A DNA stretch of 64,000 nucleotides, taken from NCBI GenBank assembly GCA_020853895.1, contig JADYYB010000121.1:470-64469 (forward strand), read 5' to 3'. The notes beneath the pieces were generated by a model. It was not told the DNA's origin. It searched no databases and saw nothing but the letters and a program-made list of their open reading frames with translations. This stretch comes from Bauldia sp. (lineage in GTDB: Bacteria > Pseudomonadota > Alphaproteobacteria > Rhizobiales > Kaistiaceae). Below, in pieces: positions 53,853 to 62,942 of the stretch (its first letter is position 1; each line of letters opens with the position of its first letter). A program made the translations under genes and the position numbers.

Positions 53853-54652
53853 TGCTCAGGGTCGAGGGCCTCACCTTCTCTTTCCCGCGCGGCGGACGCA
53901 GCCTCGCGGACATCAGCCTCACGCTGTCCCGCGGCGACGTGACCTGCATCCTCGGCCCCAACGGCGCGGGCAAGACCACGCTGATCCGCTGCCTTCTGGG
54001 GGCCTTGTCACCGGCCTCAGGCACCGTCACGGTGGACGACATTCCGGCCCACGGCCTCAAGGCGCGGCAATTCGCTGCCAAGGTCGCTCACGTGCCCCAG
54101 TCCACCCATTCGGTGTTCGGCCACTTGGTCCGCGACATCGTGTTGATGGGCCGGTCGGCCCATCTGTCGATGATCGAGGCGCCCGCCGCCCGCGACCACG
54201 AGATCGCCGAGGCCGCCCTCGAACGAGTGGGCATAGCCGATCTTGCCGACCGTCCGTTCGCCACCGTCAGCGGCGGCGAGCGCCAGCTCTGCCTGCTGGC
54301 GCGCGCGCTTGCCCAGGAAGCGCCGATCCTCATCATGGACGAGCCGGCCGCGAGCCTCGATTTCGGCAACCAGATCAGAGTCCTCGGCATCGTCACGTCG
54401 CTGGCGCGCAGCGGCTACGCGATCCTCATGACCACGCACCATCCCGACCATGCCCTTCTGGTCGGCACCCAGGTCCTCTGCCTGCGCGAAGGACGCATCG
54501 TCGGCGCCGGCGCGCCACGCGCGCTTCTGTCGTCCACTTTCCTCTCGGAACTCTACGACGCGCCGATACGGATGCTCGAAGAGGACGGCGTACAGGCATG
54601 CGTGCCGATCCTGCCCCAAGACCTCACGGAGGAGATTCTGCAAAATGCGTAA
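53852..54652 (+). CDS. ABC transporter ATP-binding protein (BtuD/MolC-like)
   Basis: ATG 53852 overlaps the permease TGA. It has Walker A GPNGAGKTT, signature SGGERQ and Walker B ILIMDEP. Confidence 0.9.
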   Translation: MLRVEGLTFSFPRGGRSLADISLTLSRGDVTCILGPNGAGKTTLIRCLLGALSPASGTVTVDDIPAHGLKARQFAAKVAHVPQSTHSVFGHLVRDIVLMGRSAHLSMIEAPAARDHEIAEAALERVGIADLADRPFATVSGGERQLCLLARALAQEAPILIMDEPAASLDFGNQIRVLGIVTSLARSGYAILMTTHHPDHALLVGTQVLCLREGRIVGAGAPRALLSSTFLSELYDAPIRMLEEDGVQACVPILPQDLTEEILQNA

Positions 54653-55661
54653 GCTCGCACTTGGCGTGATGACGACCCTGGCGATGGGCCTTCTCGCCGC
54701 CCAGGCCTCTGCTCGCGACATCGTCGACATGACCGGCCGCACCGTAACGGTGCCCGATACGATCGATCGCGTCGTCACAATCGGCTCGGTCCCGGTGATC
54801 AACAGTTTCGTCTTCGCCGTCGGCAAGGCGGAGACGTTGGCCATGGGCCTGCCGGCGCGCTTCAACCCGCAGCGCTGGGCATGGCAGTTCGTATTTGCTC
54901 CGCAGCTGGAGGGCGGTCCCGACCTTCAGGACTCGAATTACGGGCCGGACATCGAGAAGATCGTCGACATCGCGCCCGACGTCGTCCTGAGCTTCGAACA
55001 GACGACGGCCGACATGCTCGCCACGGTCGGCATTCCCACCGTGCTCCTGCGGATCCAGGCGCCCGAGGACGTAAAGGATGGCGTCAGGCTCGTCGGCGAG
55101 CTGCTCGGCAATCCGGATATCGGCGAGGAATATGCGCGGTATTTCGATGCCACGCTGGCGCGCATCGCCGCCAAGGTCGACGCCATCCCGCAGGAGCAGA
55201 GGCCGACGGTGCTCTACCTCAACCCGGTCAATGTCACCCAGCCTCACCTGGTTGCCGAGTGGTGGATAAGGGCCGGTGGCGGTCGCAGCGTCACCGACAA
55301 CGGCCGCTCCGAGGAAGTGCTCACCCTCTCGACCGAGACCGTGATCGGCGCCAACCCGGACGTCATCATCGTGCTCGACCCGAGCCATGTCGAAACGCTG
55401 AGGGCGGACGCCAACCTGTCCCAGCTCGATGCGGTGAAGACCGGCCGCATCCTGGTCGCACCGATCGGAGCGCACACATGGGGCAACCGCACGGTCGAAC
55501 AGATCCTCACCGTGCTGTGGGCCGCGAGCGCCTTGCATCCTGACCAGTTCCCGCATTCCGAGCTCGTCGCAGAGGTCACGAATTTCTATCAGACCTTCTT
55601 CGCGACCGAGCTGAGCGACCAGCAGGTCGAGGCTATCCTGTCGAGCACGGCGGCGTCCTGA
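54645..55661 (+). CDS. periplasmic substrate-binding protein, class III (BtuF/MolA-like)
   Basis: ATG 54645 is within track ORF 54450..55661. The signal peptide is MRKLALGVMTTLAMGLLAAQASA. This is followed by DMTGRTVTVPDTIDRVVT...PDVVL...NPDVIIV. Confidence 0.85.
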   Translation: MRKLALGVMTTLAMGLLAAQASARDIVDMTGRTVTVPDTIDRVVTIGSVPVINSFVFAVGKAETLAMGLPARFNPQRWAWQFVFAPQLEGGPDLQDSNYGPDIEKIVDIAPDVVLSFEQTTADMLATVGIPTVLLRIQAPEDVKDGVRLVGELLGNPDIGEEYARYFDATLARIAAKVDAIPQEQRPTVLYLNPVNVTQPHLVAEWWIRAGGGRSVTDNGRSEEVLTLSTETVIGANPDVIIVLDPSHVETLRADANLSQLDAVKTGRILVAPIGAHTWGNRTVEQILTVLWAASALHPDQFPHSELVAEVTNFYQTFFATELSDQQVEAILSSTAAS

Positions 55662-55722
55662 CACCAACGCCCTTTGGCAAAGCCGGCGCTCAGCTGCTCT
55701 CCTCGCCGTCCTGCGAGTGGAG

Positions 55723-56124
55723 TCAATCCTGGGTGGGATCTGTGTCGGCCAGCAACCGTCGCAGGGCACTCATCTCGGGTGCGTTCTCGACGCGGACCAT
55801 CATCCGCCGATATGTGGCTAGTATTTGTTCGCCGACCTTGCTGACCTCGGCGCCTCCCCGTTCGGTGCCACCACGGGCGGCCGTGACGACAGGCTGAGCG
55901 AAACACTGGTTCATGGTGGCGACGAGCGTCCACGCGCGCTTGTAGCTCATGCCCATCCGTCGGGCCGCCGCCGCGATCGAGCCGGTCTCGCGGATCAGCT
56001 CGAGCAATTCGGCCTTGCCGGGGCCCATGGCGATTTCGTTGCCGACCAGCAGCCGAAGGCGAGGTCGAAGCTGGACGCCATTGGCAGGCCGCGGCTTTCC
56101 GGCGCTACGTTTCCTTGGTGGCAT
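55723..56124 (-). CDS. ModE N-terminal-domain-only (winged-helix) molybdate-responsive-type regulator
   Basis: 133 aa: IAMGPGKAELLELIRETGSIAAAARRMGMSYKRAWTLVATMNQCF...ARGGTERGGAEVSKVGEQIL. This aligns with E. coli ModE residues about 20-100. There are no Mop/molbindin repeats. Confidence 0.8.
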   Translation of the reverse strand: MPPRKRSAGKPRPANGVQLRPRLRLLVGNEIAMGPGKAELLELIRETGSIAAAARRMGMSYKRAWTLVATMNQCFAQPVVTAARGGTERGGAEVSKVGEQILATYRRMMVRVENAPEMSALRRLLADTDPTQD

Positions 56125-56148
56125 TTCCCCGGAGACACTCTGGTTAGA

Positions 56149-58563
56149 TCAACGGGCCGTTATCCGCGCGGTGCTGCCGTCCTGGCGTCCGGACGGTCCG
56201 ATCCTCGATACTTCGCAGAGATAGGACCGCATCGAATTGGAGCCCGACAATGAGTCGATGATCGCTCCATCGATTGCATTATTATAGGACAAATCGGATC
56301 GTCCCCAAACGTCCGTTGGATCCCACCAGCCATATTGGGCGCAAACGACGTCCTCCCGAAGTGCCACCGTCAGCTCGGCACGGGCAGTGAAACGGCCGTC
56401 GGGAGTGACGATGTCGACAAGGTCGTGGTTGTCGATCTCTCGCGCGGCCGCGACCTTCGGGTGGATCTGGACCACCGGGAACGGCATCGCTTCGACAATC
56501 GATGATTCCTGCCGCTGCTGGCTATGGCAGAATTGCGGCCACTTAGCGCAGGTGAGTCGCAGTGGATAGAGGGCGAGGTCACGTCGGCTTTCAGGGCTCA
56601 TCCTCGGCGGTTCGTATGTCGGGAGCCGGTCTTCACCGACTGCTCCGAGTGTGGCGGCGATGATCTCGACTCGGCCGCTCGACGTGGCGAAGCCGCGTTC
56701 GCGGCTTCTGCCCGTGCCCGACTTGAGCCTCACCCTGACACCCTGGGGATTGGCGCGCAGCGTCTCCAGGGAAATCCCGGTGGGCTCCAGTTGATGCCTC
56801 AGGCCTTCGTCCGGATCACCGCCGAAGAAGCGATCGCCTAGCCCCAGCCTGACGGCCAGCTGGAAGACGATGTCCGTGTCGGAACGACTCTCGCCCCGCG
56901 GCGGAAGTACCGCTGGCCGCAGTTGGACCCACTCTTCCGCCTCCTCACTGATCACAAAACCCGCCTGCAAACCAGAACGTTCCCACGCCGAGGCGACCGG
57001 CAGAATAAGGTCGGCCTCGCGGCTGGACGGCGTCAGGAACAGTTCCGTCATCAAGTAGAAGTCGAGCGACCGTAGAGCCTCCGCGGCGTACTCGGTACGC
57101 GGCTTCGTGAGCGCGAAATTGCCGCCGAACGACACCAGTGCCCGTATCGGATAGGGATCGCCAGTGGCAATTGTCCGGAAGAGGTCCTTTGTCGTGACCC
57201 ATCCGCGGCGGGGTGGCCCTAAGGGACGTTGATCGCCGCCGAGCGTCCGAGCTCGGGTCTTCTCGTCTACCCATTCGAACGCAGAGACGTCCCGAACGGG
57301 AGGTTTGTTGAACCAGACGTTGCCACCCTCAGCATCGAGACTGCCGGTAAGCGCATACAGGACATTGATGCAGCGGGTGGTCTGCGAGGCGTTCGAGTGT
57401 TGAGCCGTACCGGTCCACGTAAAGAAGGACACCGGCCCGCATTTGCCCAGCCATTCGGCGAGTTGCTCGATGTCTTCGATGCGGAGTCCGGTGATTTCCG
57501 CGACACGATCGGGCGGATAGTGCGAGCAGCGTTCGCGGAGTCCGTCGAGGACCGGCCGACAAGACACCGTCGTCCCTCGGCACGCCACCCCGCGGACGCC
57601 AGACAGGGACGCGGTGGCCGAGATCGGCGCGCCCCTAGGACACGGTACGGCAACGCCGAGCGCCTCGTCCCAGATCGTCGGAACGCCGGCGCCCTCCGCG
57701 CCCAGCAGGTCAATGTCCGTCAGAAAGGTCCCATCGTCGTCTCGCACGAGAAACGCGGCGTCGGTGTAGTTTCGCAGAAACGTCTGATCGGCACCGCCGC
57801 GCTCCAGCATGAGATGGGCAAGCCCCAGCGCCAGGGCACCGTCCGTGCCGGGCCTGAGCCCGAGCCACAGATCCGCACTGCGAGCCAGGCCCTGCCGGCG
57901 CGGATCGATGACCACGAGTCTGGCGCCTCGCTTCTTCGCTTCGCGGATCGGCGCCACTTGCGATAGCCAAGTCGCGGTCGGGTTGAAGCCCCACAGGAGA
58001 ATAAGGCCCGTATGCGAATAGTCGGGCATGCCGATGCCGGCACCCCAGGTGAGCATTGGCGTGAAGTCCTTGTGCCAATTACAGTTCTCCGTCGCGAATA
58101 CGAGGTTCGGGCTGCCGAAGGCGTGAACCAACCGATGGATCCACCCGAAGCTGTCGGCGATTGCGGTGCCGCTTGGTGTAGTGACGGCGAAAGCGACAGC
58201 CTCGGCACCGCTTTCAGCCGCGATCAATCCAAGCCTTCTCGCCGCCAAGTCCAAGGCTTCGCTCCAGCCGATCGGCTGAAACCCGGGGTCATCGCTGCCC
58301 TTCGGGTTGGTCCGAACCAATGGCGCAGTCAGTCGATCCGGGTGATGGACGAACTCGGGAGCGGTCTTGGCCTTGATGCAAATCGAGCTGCCCGTCGGAT
58401 GACTTGGGTCGGGCTCGACTCGCAAGAGCCGACCGCCTTCTACTGTGGCGAGACATCCACAGCGCGAGATGCACAGAGCGCAATAGGTGGGGATCTGGAC
58501 TTGAGCCAACGTTAAGCGCCTGGAAACCGCTTCAGGTGTGGCCGCAGTGAGGCGGCGCCGCAT
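56149..58563 (-). CDS. molybdopterin-dependent oxidoreductase (DMSO reductase superfamily), cytoplasmic, substrate unknown
   Basis: 804 aa. The N-terminal 4Fe-4S motif is YCALCISRCGC...SSICIKAK. MopB-type sequence continues throughout. No hydrophobic signal follows the RRR. Confidence 0.85.
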   Translation of the reverse strand: MRRRLTAATPEAVSRRLTLAQVQIPTYCALCISRCGCLATVEGGRLLRVEPDPSHPTGSSICIKAKTAPEFVHHPDRLTAPLVRTNPKGSDDPGFQPIGWSEALDLAARRLGLIAAESGAEAVAFAVTTPSGTAIADSFGWIHRLVHAFGSPNLVFATENCNWHKDFTPMLTWGAGIGMPDYSHTGLILLWGFNPTATWLSQVAPIREAKKRGARLVVIDPRRQGLARSADLWLGLRPGTDGALALGLAHLMLERGGADQTFLRNYTDAAFLVRDDDGTFLTDIDLLGAEGAGVPTIWDEALGVAVPCPRGAPISATASLSGVRGVACRGTTVSCRPVLDGLRERCSHYPPDRVAEITGLRIEDIEQLAEWLGKCGPVSFFTWTGTAQHSNASQTTRCINVLYALTGSLDAEGGNVWFNKPPVRDVSAFEWVDEKTRARTLGGDQRPLGPPRRGWVTTKDLFRTIATGDPYPIRALVSFGGNFALTKPRTEYAAEALRSLDFYLMTELFLTPSSREADLILPVASAWERSGLQAGFVISEEAEEWVQLRPAVLPPRGESRSDTDIVFQLAVRLGLGDRFFGGDPDEGLRHQLEPTGISLETLRANPQGVRVRLKSGTGRSRERGFATSSGRVEIIAATLGAVGEDRLPTYEPPRMSPESRRDLALYPLRLTCAKWPQFCHSQQRQESSIVEAMPFPVVQIHPKVAAAREIDNHDLVDIVTPDGRFTARAELTVALREDVVCAQYGWWDPTDVWGRSDLSYNNAIDGAIIDSLSGSNSMRSYLCEVSRIGPSGRQDGSTARITAR

Positions 58564-58735
58564 GTAACAAAGCTTCTAAGATCGGCTCTATCGCCTCATT
58601 GATACAGCGCAAGGAATAGGAATCACCGTTCCTCCATCCTTTTAAATGTTGTGATTTCACATGTCGTTCGCCGGCTCGGACTCGAAAATGCGACGTCATC
58701 CTTACCTGCCGTGGTCACTGGCTCTCGGCGGCTCT

Positions 58736-59158
58736 ATGCGTCTGCAGGGACTCCTTTGGCAGGCGCTCGCGTGGCTTGCGCTTGGTATCGGGGCCCTTGG
58801 ATTGGCCCTGCCACTCCTCCCGACGACGCCCTTCATGCTAGTTGCCGCCGCCGCCTTCGGGCGAAGCAGCCCCCGCCTGCGTGCGCGGATACTCGCAAAT
58901 CGTCGATTGGGACCCGTGATCGCGGCGTGGGAGGCACAACGCGCTATCCCTCGGCGCGGGAAACGCATGGCTTACGGAGGAATGGCCGCGTGCCTCGCCT
59001 TGTCCGTAGCTCTCGGCGCGCCTGCGCTCGCCGTCGTCCTGCAAGCGATACTACTGACTTTCGTGGCCCTTTTCATCGCGAGTCGGCCCGACACGCCCCC
59101 TGACCGGTCGGACGATCCCTCGGGGCCCGGCCGGAATACTAGACGTTCCGGTGCTTGA
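58736..59158 (+). CDS. DUF454 (YbaN-like) inner-membrane protein
   Basis: Internal ATG 58736 of track ORF 58661..59158. MRLQGLLWQALAWLALGIGALGLALPLLPTTPFMLVAAAAFGRSSPRL aligns with E. coli YbaN. Confidence 0.75.
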   Translation: MRLQGLLWQALAWLALGIGALGLALPLLPTTPFMLVAAAAFGRSSPRLRARILANRRLGPVIAAWEAQRAIPRRGKRMAYGGMAACLALSVALGAPALAVVLQAILLTFVALFIASRPDTPPDRSDDPSGPGRNTRRSGA

Positions 59159-59170
59159 CTGGAGTTCGCA

Positions 59171-60244
59171 ATGCAGCCGAGTACTTTGATCGATCGGCGG
59201 CAGCTGATCGTCAGCCCGGAAATCATCCGCATCGTTAAGCACGCGGGCGTAGCGATGCCGGCCCCAGAGGACGCTGAGGCCTTCGGCCCTTTCTTCGACC
59301 GCTTCGGCGACGCCAGAGTCGTCCTTCTCGACGAGGCCACTCACGGCACGGCCGAGTTCTATCGCGCCCGCGCGGCCACAACCCGGCGGCTGATCGAGAA
59401 GCATGGGTTCACCATCGTGGCACTCGCCCTGGCTCGCCGACGGTACGGGTGTCTCACACCGTGGCAGGATGATCCAACGCGCTACGGCTACGAGGCCACG
59501 TTCGGCGGCGAGGACTGTGAAAAGGAAGCCGTCGAGCAGCTCGTCGCGCTTCTCGCCCGCCGGATCGAGTATATGCGCCGAGACGGCGACGACTTCCTGG
59601 ATGCAGAGCAGAACGCAAGGGTAGTCCGCTCAGCGGAGGAATATTACCGGATCATGTATCGTGGCTCGCGTGAGTTGGGGAATGTGCGCGACCGGCACAT
59701 GTTCGAAACGCTCCGAGCCGCTCTCGCTCGGCGTGGCACTACTGCGAAGGCGGTAGTCTGGGCGCACAACTCGCATGTCGGCAACGCCGCTGCGACCGCA
59801 ATGGGCTGGGCGGGCGAATTCAACATAGGAGAGCTCTGCCGCACGGCCTTGGCCGAGAAATCGGTCTCCATCGGTTTCGGCACCGACCGCGGGACGGTCG
59901 CAGCAGCCCCGGACTGGGGTCATCCGGTCGAGTTCAAGTCAGTGCTCCCTGCCCGGCACGATGGCTACGAACATCTCTTCAGGAAGACAGGGCTTGCGCG
60001 ATCGTTGACCGATTGGCGAGGGCATGACCGGCCGGACCTCATCGACGCGTTGACCGGTCCGCTCCTCGAGCGGGCCATCGGGGTGGTCTATCGGCCCGAT
60101 ACGGAATTCCTCAGCCACTATTTCGAGGCGGCGCTGGCCGAACAATTCGATGCCTTCGTTTGGTTCGAAGAGACCCATGCGGTGAAGCCCCTCCCCGGCC
60201 CCCTCGAGCCCGGAATGCCGGACATCTATCCCTCGGGAGTCTAG
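59171..60244 (+). CDS. erythromycin esterase family protein with apparent internal in-frame deletion
   Basis: 357 aa: VVLLDEATHGTAEFYRARAATTRRLIEKHGFTIVA | LALARRRYGCLTPW...AEQNARVVRSAEEYYR...VVWAHNSHVGNA. The segment normally found between these blocks (EADWPDA...FPxWMWRN...GFYGLDLYS) is missing. Confidence 0.7.
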   Translation: MQPSTLIDRRQLIVSPEIIRIVKHAGVAMPAPEDAEAFGPFFDRFGDARVVLLDEATHGTAEFYRARAATTRRLIEKHGFTIVALALARRRYGCLTPWQDDPTRYGYEATFGGEDCEKEAVEQLVALLARRIEYMRRDGDDFLDAEQNARVVRSAEEYYRIMYRGSRELGNVRDRHMFETLRAALARRGTTAKAVVWAHNSHVGNAAATAMGWAGEFNIGELCRTALAEKSVSIGFGTDRGTVAAAPDWGHPVEFKSVLPARHDGYEHLFRKTGLARSLTDWRGHDRPDLIDALTGPLLERAIGVVYRPDTEFLSHYFEAALAEQFDAFVWFEETHAVKPLPGPLEPGMPDIYPSGV

Positions 60245-60248
60245 CGCC

Positions 60249-61610
60249 ATGACCCTGCCAGAGGTTCGTGAGATCGTCGTGCAGCCAGAAGGCTTGCCAG
60301 GCATTCTTAGGATACCTGATAACCCAATGGGCCTCGTCGTGTTTGCCCATGGTAGCGGGAGCGGGCGACTGAGCCCCCGCAACAATCGCGTCGCGGAGGC
60401 CTTGCACGATGCCGGGTTGGCCACGCTCCTCCTTGATCTTCTTCATCCGGACGAGGAACGCGACCGGCAGAATGTTTTCAACATCGGACTTCTCGCCGCG
60501 CGCCTCGCGGCAGCCTCCCAATGGGCGCGTGCGCAGCCATGGCTGCGCGATCTGCCAATAGGCTATTTCGGCGCGAGCACCGGCGCCGGGGCTGCGCTCG
60601 TGGCAGCGGCGCGCGACCACACTATCGCGGCAGTCGTGTCGCGCGGCGGCCGGCCCGACCTCGCCAACGATGCGCTTTCCGACGTGGCGGCGCCCACCCT
60701 TCTGATCGTCGGGTCGCGCGATTCCGATGTTCTGGAATTGAACCGTGGCGCGCTGCTCGAGCTCCCGTCGGTCAAGGAGCTGCTCGTCGTTCCCGGGGCA
60801 GGACATCTCTTCGAAGAACCGGGAGCGTTGGACGAAGTCATTCGCCATGCGACACGCTGGTTCAGCCGGCATCTTGGCGAGGAGCGGCTATCGGGCGTGC
60901 AGGAATTGCCCTTCGCGGACCGACGCGCTGCCGGACGGCGCCTTGCCGGGCGGCTGAAGCACCTCGCAGGAAGCCGGCCGCTGATCCTAGCGCTCCCGCG
61001 CGGAGGTGTGCCGGTGGCCTTCGAGGTCGCAACTGCGCTCCGCGCTCCGCTGGATCTGGTGATGGTGCGGAAGCTCGGCGCCCCCGGTAACCCCGAACTC
61101 GGTCTCGGAGCAGTTGTCGACGGGAGCGCGCCAGAGATCGTGCTCAACGAGGACGTGATGGCACGGATTCGGCCTCCCGCCGACTATATCGAGCGTGTCA
61201 CGGCGCAGGAGCTCCGCGAGATCGAGCGTCGGCGGGCGGCATATCTGCCGGGCAAGCCGCCTCCGGTGGTGGAGGGACGGACAGTCATCGTGGTCGACGA
61301 CGGCGTGGCGACGGGAGGCACGATGACAGCGGCGCTCCGAGCGCTTTCGCGTCATCGCCCCGCGCAACTGATCGTCGCTGTTCCGGTGGCATCCGCGGAC
61401 ACGGTGGCTCAACTCGAGCAAGAAGCTGGCGAAGTCATCACCATAGCGGCGCCGGAGAACTTCGTCGCAGTCGGTCTCTATTATCGAGATTTCAGGCCGG
61501 TGGAGGACGATGAAGTGATCAGCCTCCTGCATCAGGCCAACAGGCCCTCTAATGCGGGCCAGCCGACAGCCCTGACCCGCTACTCAGACCGGACTGGGCG
61601 GCAGGGGTAG
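60249..61610 (+). CDS. dienelactone-hydrolase-like alpha/beta hydrolase fused to a phosphoribosyltransferase domain
   Basis: 453 aa. The N-terminal half reads VVFAHGSGSGRLSPRN...GYFGASTGAGAAL...GAGHLFEEPG. The C-terminal half reads LILALPRGGVPVAFEVA...TVIVVDDGVATGGTM (PRPP loop). Confidence 0.85.
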   Translation: MTLPEVREIVVQPEGLPGILRIPDNPMGLVVFAHGSGSGRLSPRNNRVAEALHDAGLATLLLDLLHPDEERDRQNVFNIGLLAARLAAASQWARAQPWLRDLPIGYFGASTGAGAALVAAARDHTIAAVVSRGGRPDLANDALSDVAAPTLLIVGSRDSDVLELNRGALLELPSVKELLVVPGAGHLFEEPGALDEVIRHATRWFSRHLGEERLSGVQELPFADRRAAGRRLAGRLKHLAGSRPLILALPRGGVPVAFEVATALRAPLDLVMVRKLGAPGNPELGLGAVVDGSAPEIVLNEDVMARIRPPADYIERVTAQELREIERRRAAYLPGKPPPVVEGRTVIVVDDGVATGGTMTAALRALSRHRPAQLIVAVPVASADTVAQLEQEAGEVITIAAPENFVAVGLYYRDFRPVEDDEVISLLHQANRPSNAGQPTALTRYSDRTGRQG

Positions 61611-61795
61611 CACGTTCGCGCAACGTGAAAGCCGAGCGGTCATCCACGTGCCCGGCACAGCGGCGCCTGGTGCAAGCAGCGCTGAATCCGATGGATGAAC
61701 CGAAGGCAAGGGAAGCGGTGTTGGAGTCGACCATTGCGCCCTATAATGGTCCAGGTCGATCACCGCGGACGAAAAACGCGGGTTTGTTTTTAGCC

Positions 61796-61816
61796 GAGCC
61801 CGCACGGGGCGGGCTC
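61796..61816 (-). terminator. GC hairpin downstream of the second Fnr-type gene
   Basis: GAGCCCGC-acggg-GCGGGCTC lies 57 nt past the stop at 61873. It is flanked by an A/T-rich run (AAAAACGCGGGTTTGTTTTT). Confidence 0.4.
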
Positions 61817-61872
61817 ATGAATCAATGGCTGCAACATCGACCCACTCGGCCTCGACATCAGCCTCCCCTGAC

Positions 61873-62646
61873 TCAGGCGGACAACCTTCCCTCCAATGTC
61901 GGCTCAGCCGCGGGTTCGTCGGCAAAGCGCCAGGAGGCCAGGAGGCGCTCCGGCCGGCTAATGTGGAGAACGCCGCGTCCGAGCTCCATTGTGCCGTTCC
62001 GGCGGAACCGATGCATCAGCCGGCTCACATGGACCGGGGTCAGCCCGACGAGGTCAGCTATGTCGTCACGACGAAGAGGAAACGGGTACGCGCCTGGGGC
62101 AAGCCGCCATCGCCCAAGCCGCTTGAGGGTCGATACGACCAGATAGGCTATGCGGGCCGGGCCGGAGCCCCGTCCCAACAACGACAAAAGGGCGGCGAGC
62201 TGGGCCGCCTCCCTCCACGCGCCTGCCCTCAGGCCGGGGACCAGGAACCGCGTGCCGCCAGACAGCGAAAGCTCCCGCCGCGGGATCGCAAACAGCGTCA
62301 ACCGGGTCAGCGCCTTGATTTGCATCCCTGGCAGCGGCCGTTCGTGAAATATGTGGGTATGGAACTCGCCCGGCAAAATCATGCGGATCGGATGGGGTCT
62401 CGTCGGTGTTGGCAGTATCAGGGCGGCCCATCCTTCGCAGATGAGGAACAGGTCGCTCGGATCAACGGCGGCGCAGTCCAGCGTTGCGCCCACCGGAAGG
62501 TGGCGCAAGACGCCGTCGACATAGTCGTCGACGCATGCACCGCCGCCTTGACGCCAAGGGACGTCGCTCGTGCACACGGGGGAGGACACCGCGGGGCAGC
62601 TCTCGCAGCGGGACCGATCAGTCACGGCAGCGACACCGGTTGCCAT
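61873..62646 (-). CDS. Crp/Fnr family regulator, second copy, N-terminal C-x2-C-x7-C
   Basis: 257 aa with CESCPAVSSPVC, a cNMP-like barrel and the HTH RDDIADLVGLTPVHVSRLMHRF. Confidence 0.8.
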   Translation of the reverse strand: MATGVAAVTDRSRCESCPAVSSPVCTSDVPWRQGGGACVDDYVDGVLRHLPVGATLDCAAVDPSDLFLICEGWAALILPTPTRPHPIRMILPGEFHTHIFHERPLPGMQIKALTRLTLFAIPRRELSLSGGTRFLVPGLRAGAWREAAQLAALLSLLGRGSGPARIAYLVVSTLKRLGRWRLAPGAYPFPLRRDDIADLVGLTPVHVSRLMHRFRRNGTMELGRGVLHISRPERLLASWRFADEPAAEPTLEGRLSA

Positions 62647-62942
62647 TCGACACCAACCCTCACATGGCTAAGGCCATGGTGACGACACTAACAAGTTCGG
62701 TTTGGCCCAGTCAGCTACCGCGTAGTCCTCGCAGCCCCTTCGAAGTCGTCGTGGACGTCCCGGTGCCCTGTGCGATCGTAACGGTCAATCTGGCCATTCC
62801 GAACGCAATCAATATCTTGAGACCGCATGTTCAGGAGGCCGTCCAGCCAGAGCATTGGTTGTTGGCCAACCGTCTGGTCCCCGCAACATTTCGTTACAGC
62901 GATAAATTGCGTCAGACCGGCCGTCGTCACAGCGCTCGCTGG

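Noticed and set aside
56149-58563. A Tat signal on the 804-aa molybdoenzyme, suggested by the N-terminal MRRRLTAA.
   Set aside because: No hydrophobic h-region or AxA cleavage site follows the arginines, and the Fe-S Cys motif begins at about residue 27. The protein is therefore most likely cytoplasmic.
58650-58661. The palindrome TGTGATTTCACA, which resembles CRP half-sites, upstream of the DUF454 gene.
   Set aside because: The half-sites are separated by 2 nt rather than the 6 nt of a CRP/FNR-family site. It may be coincidental or the site of an unrelated factor.
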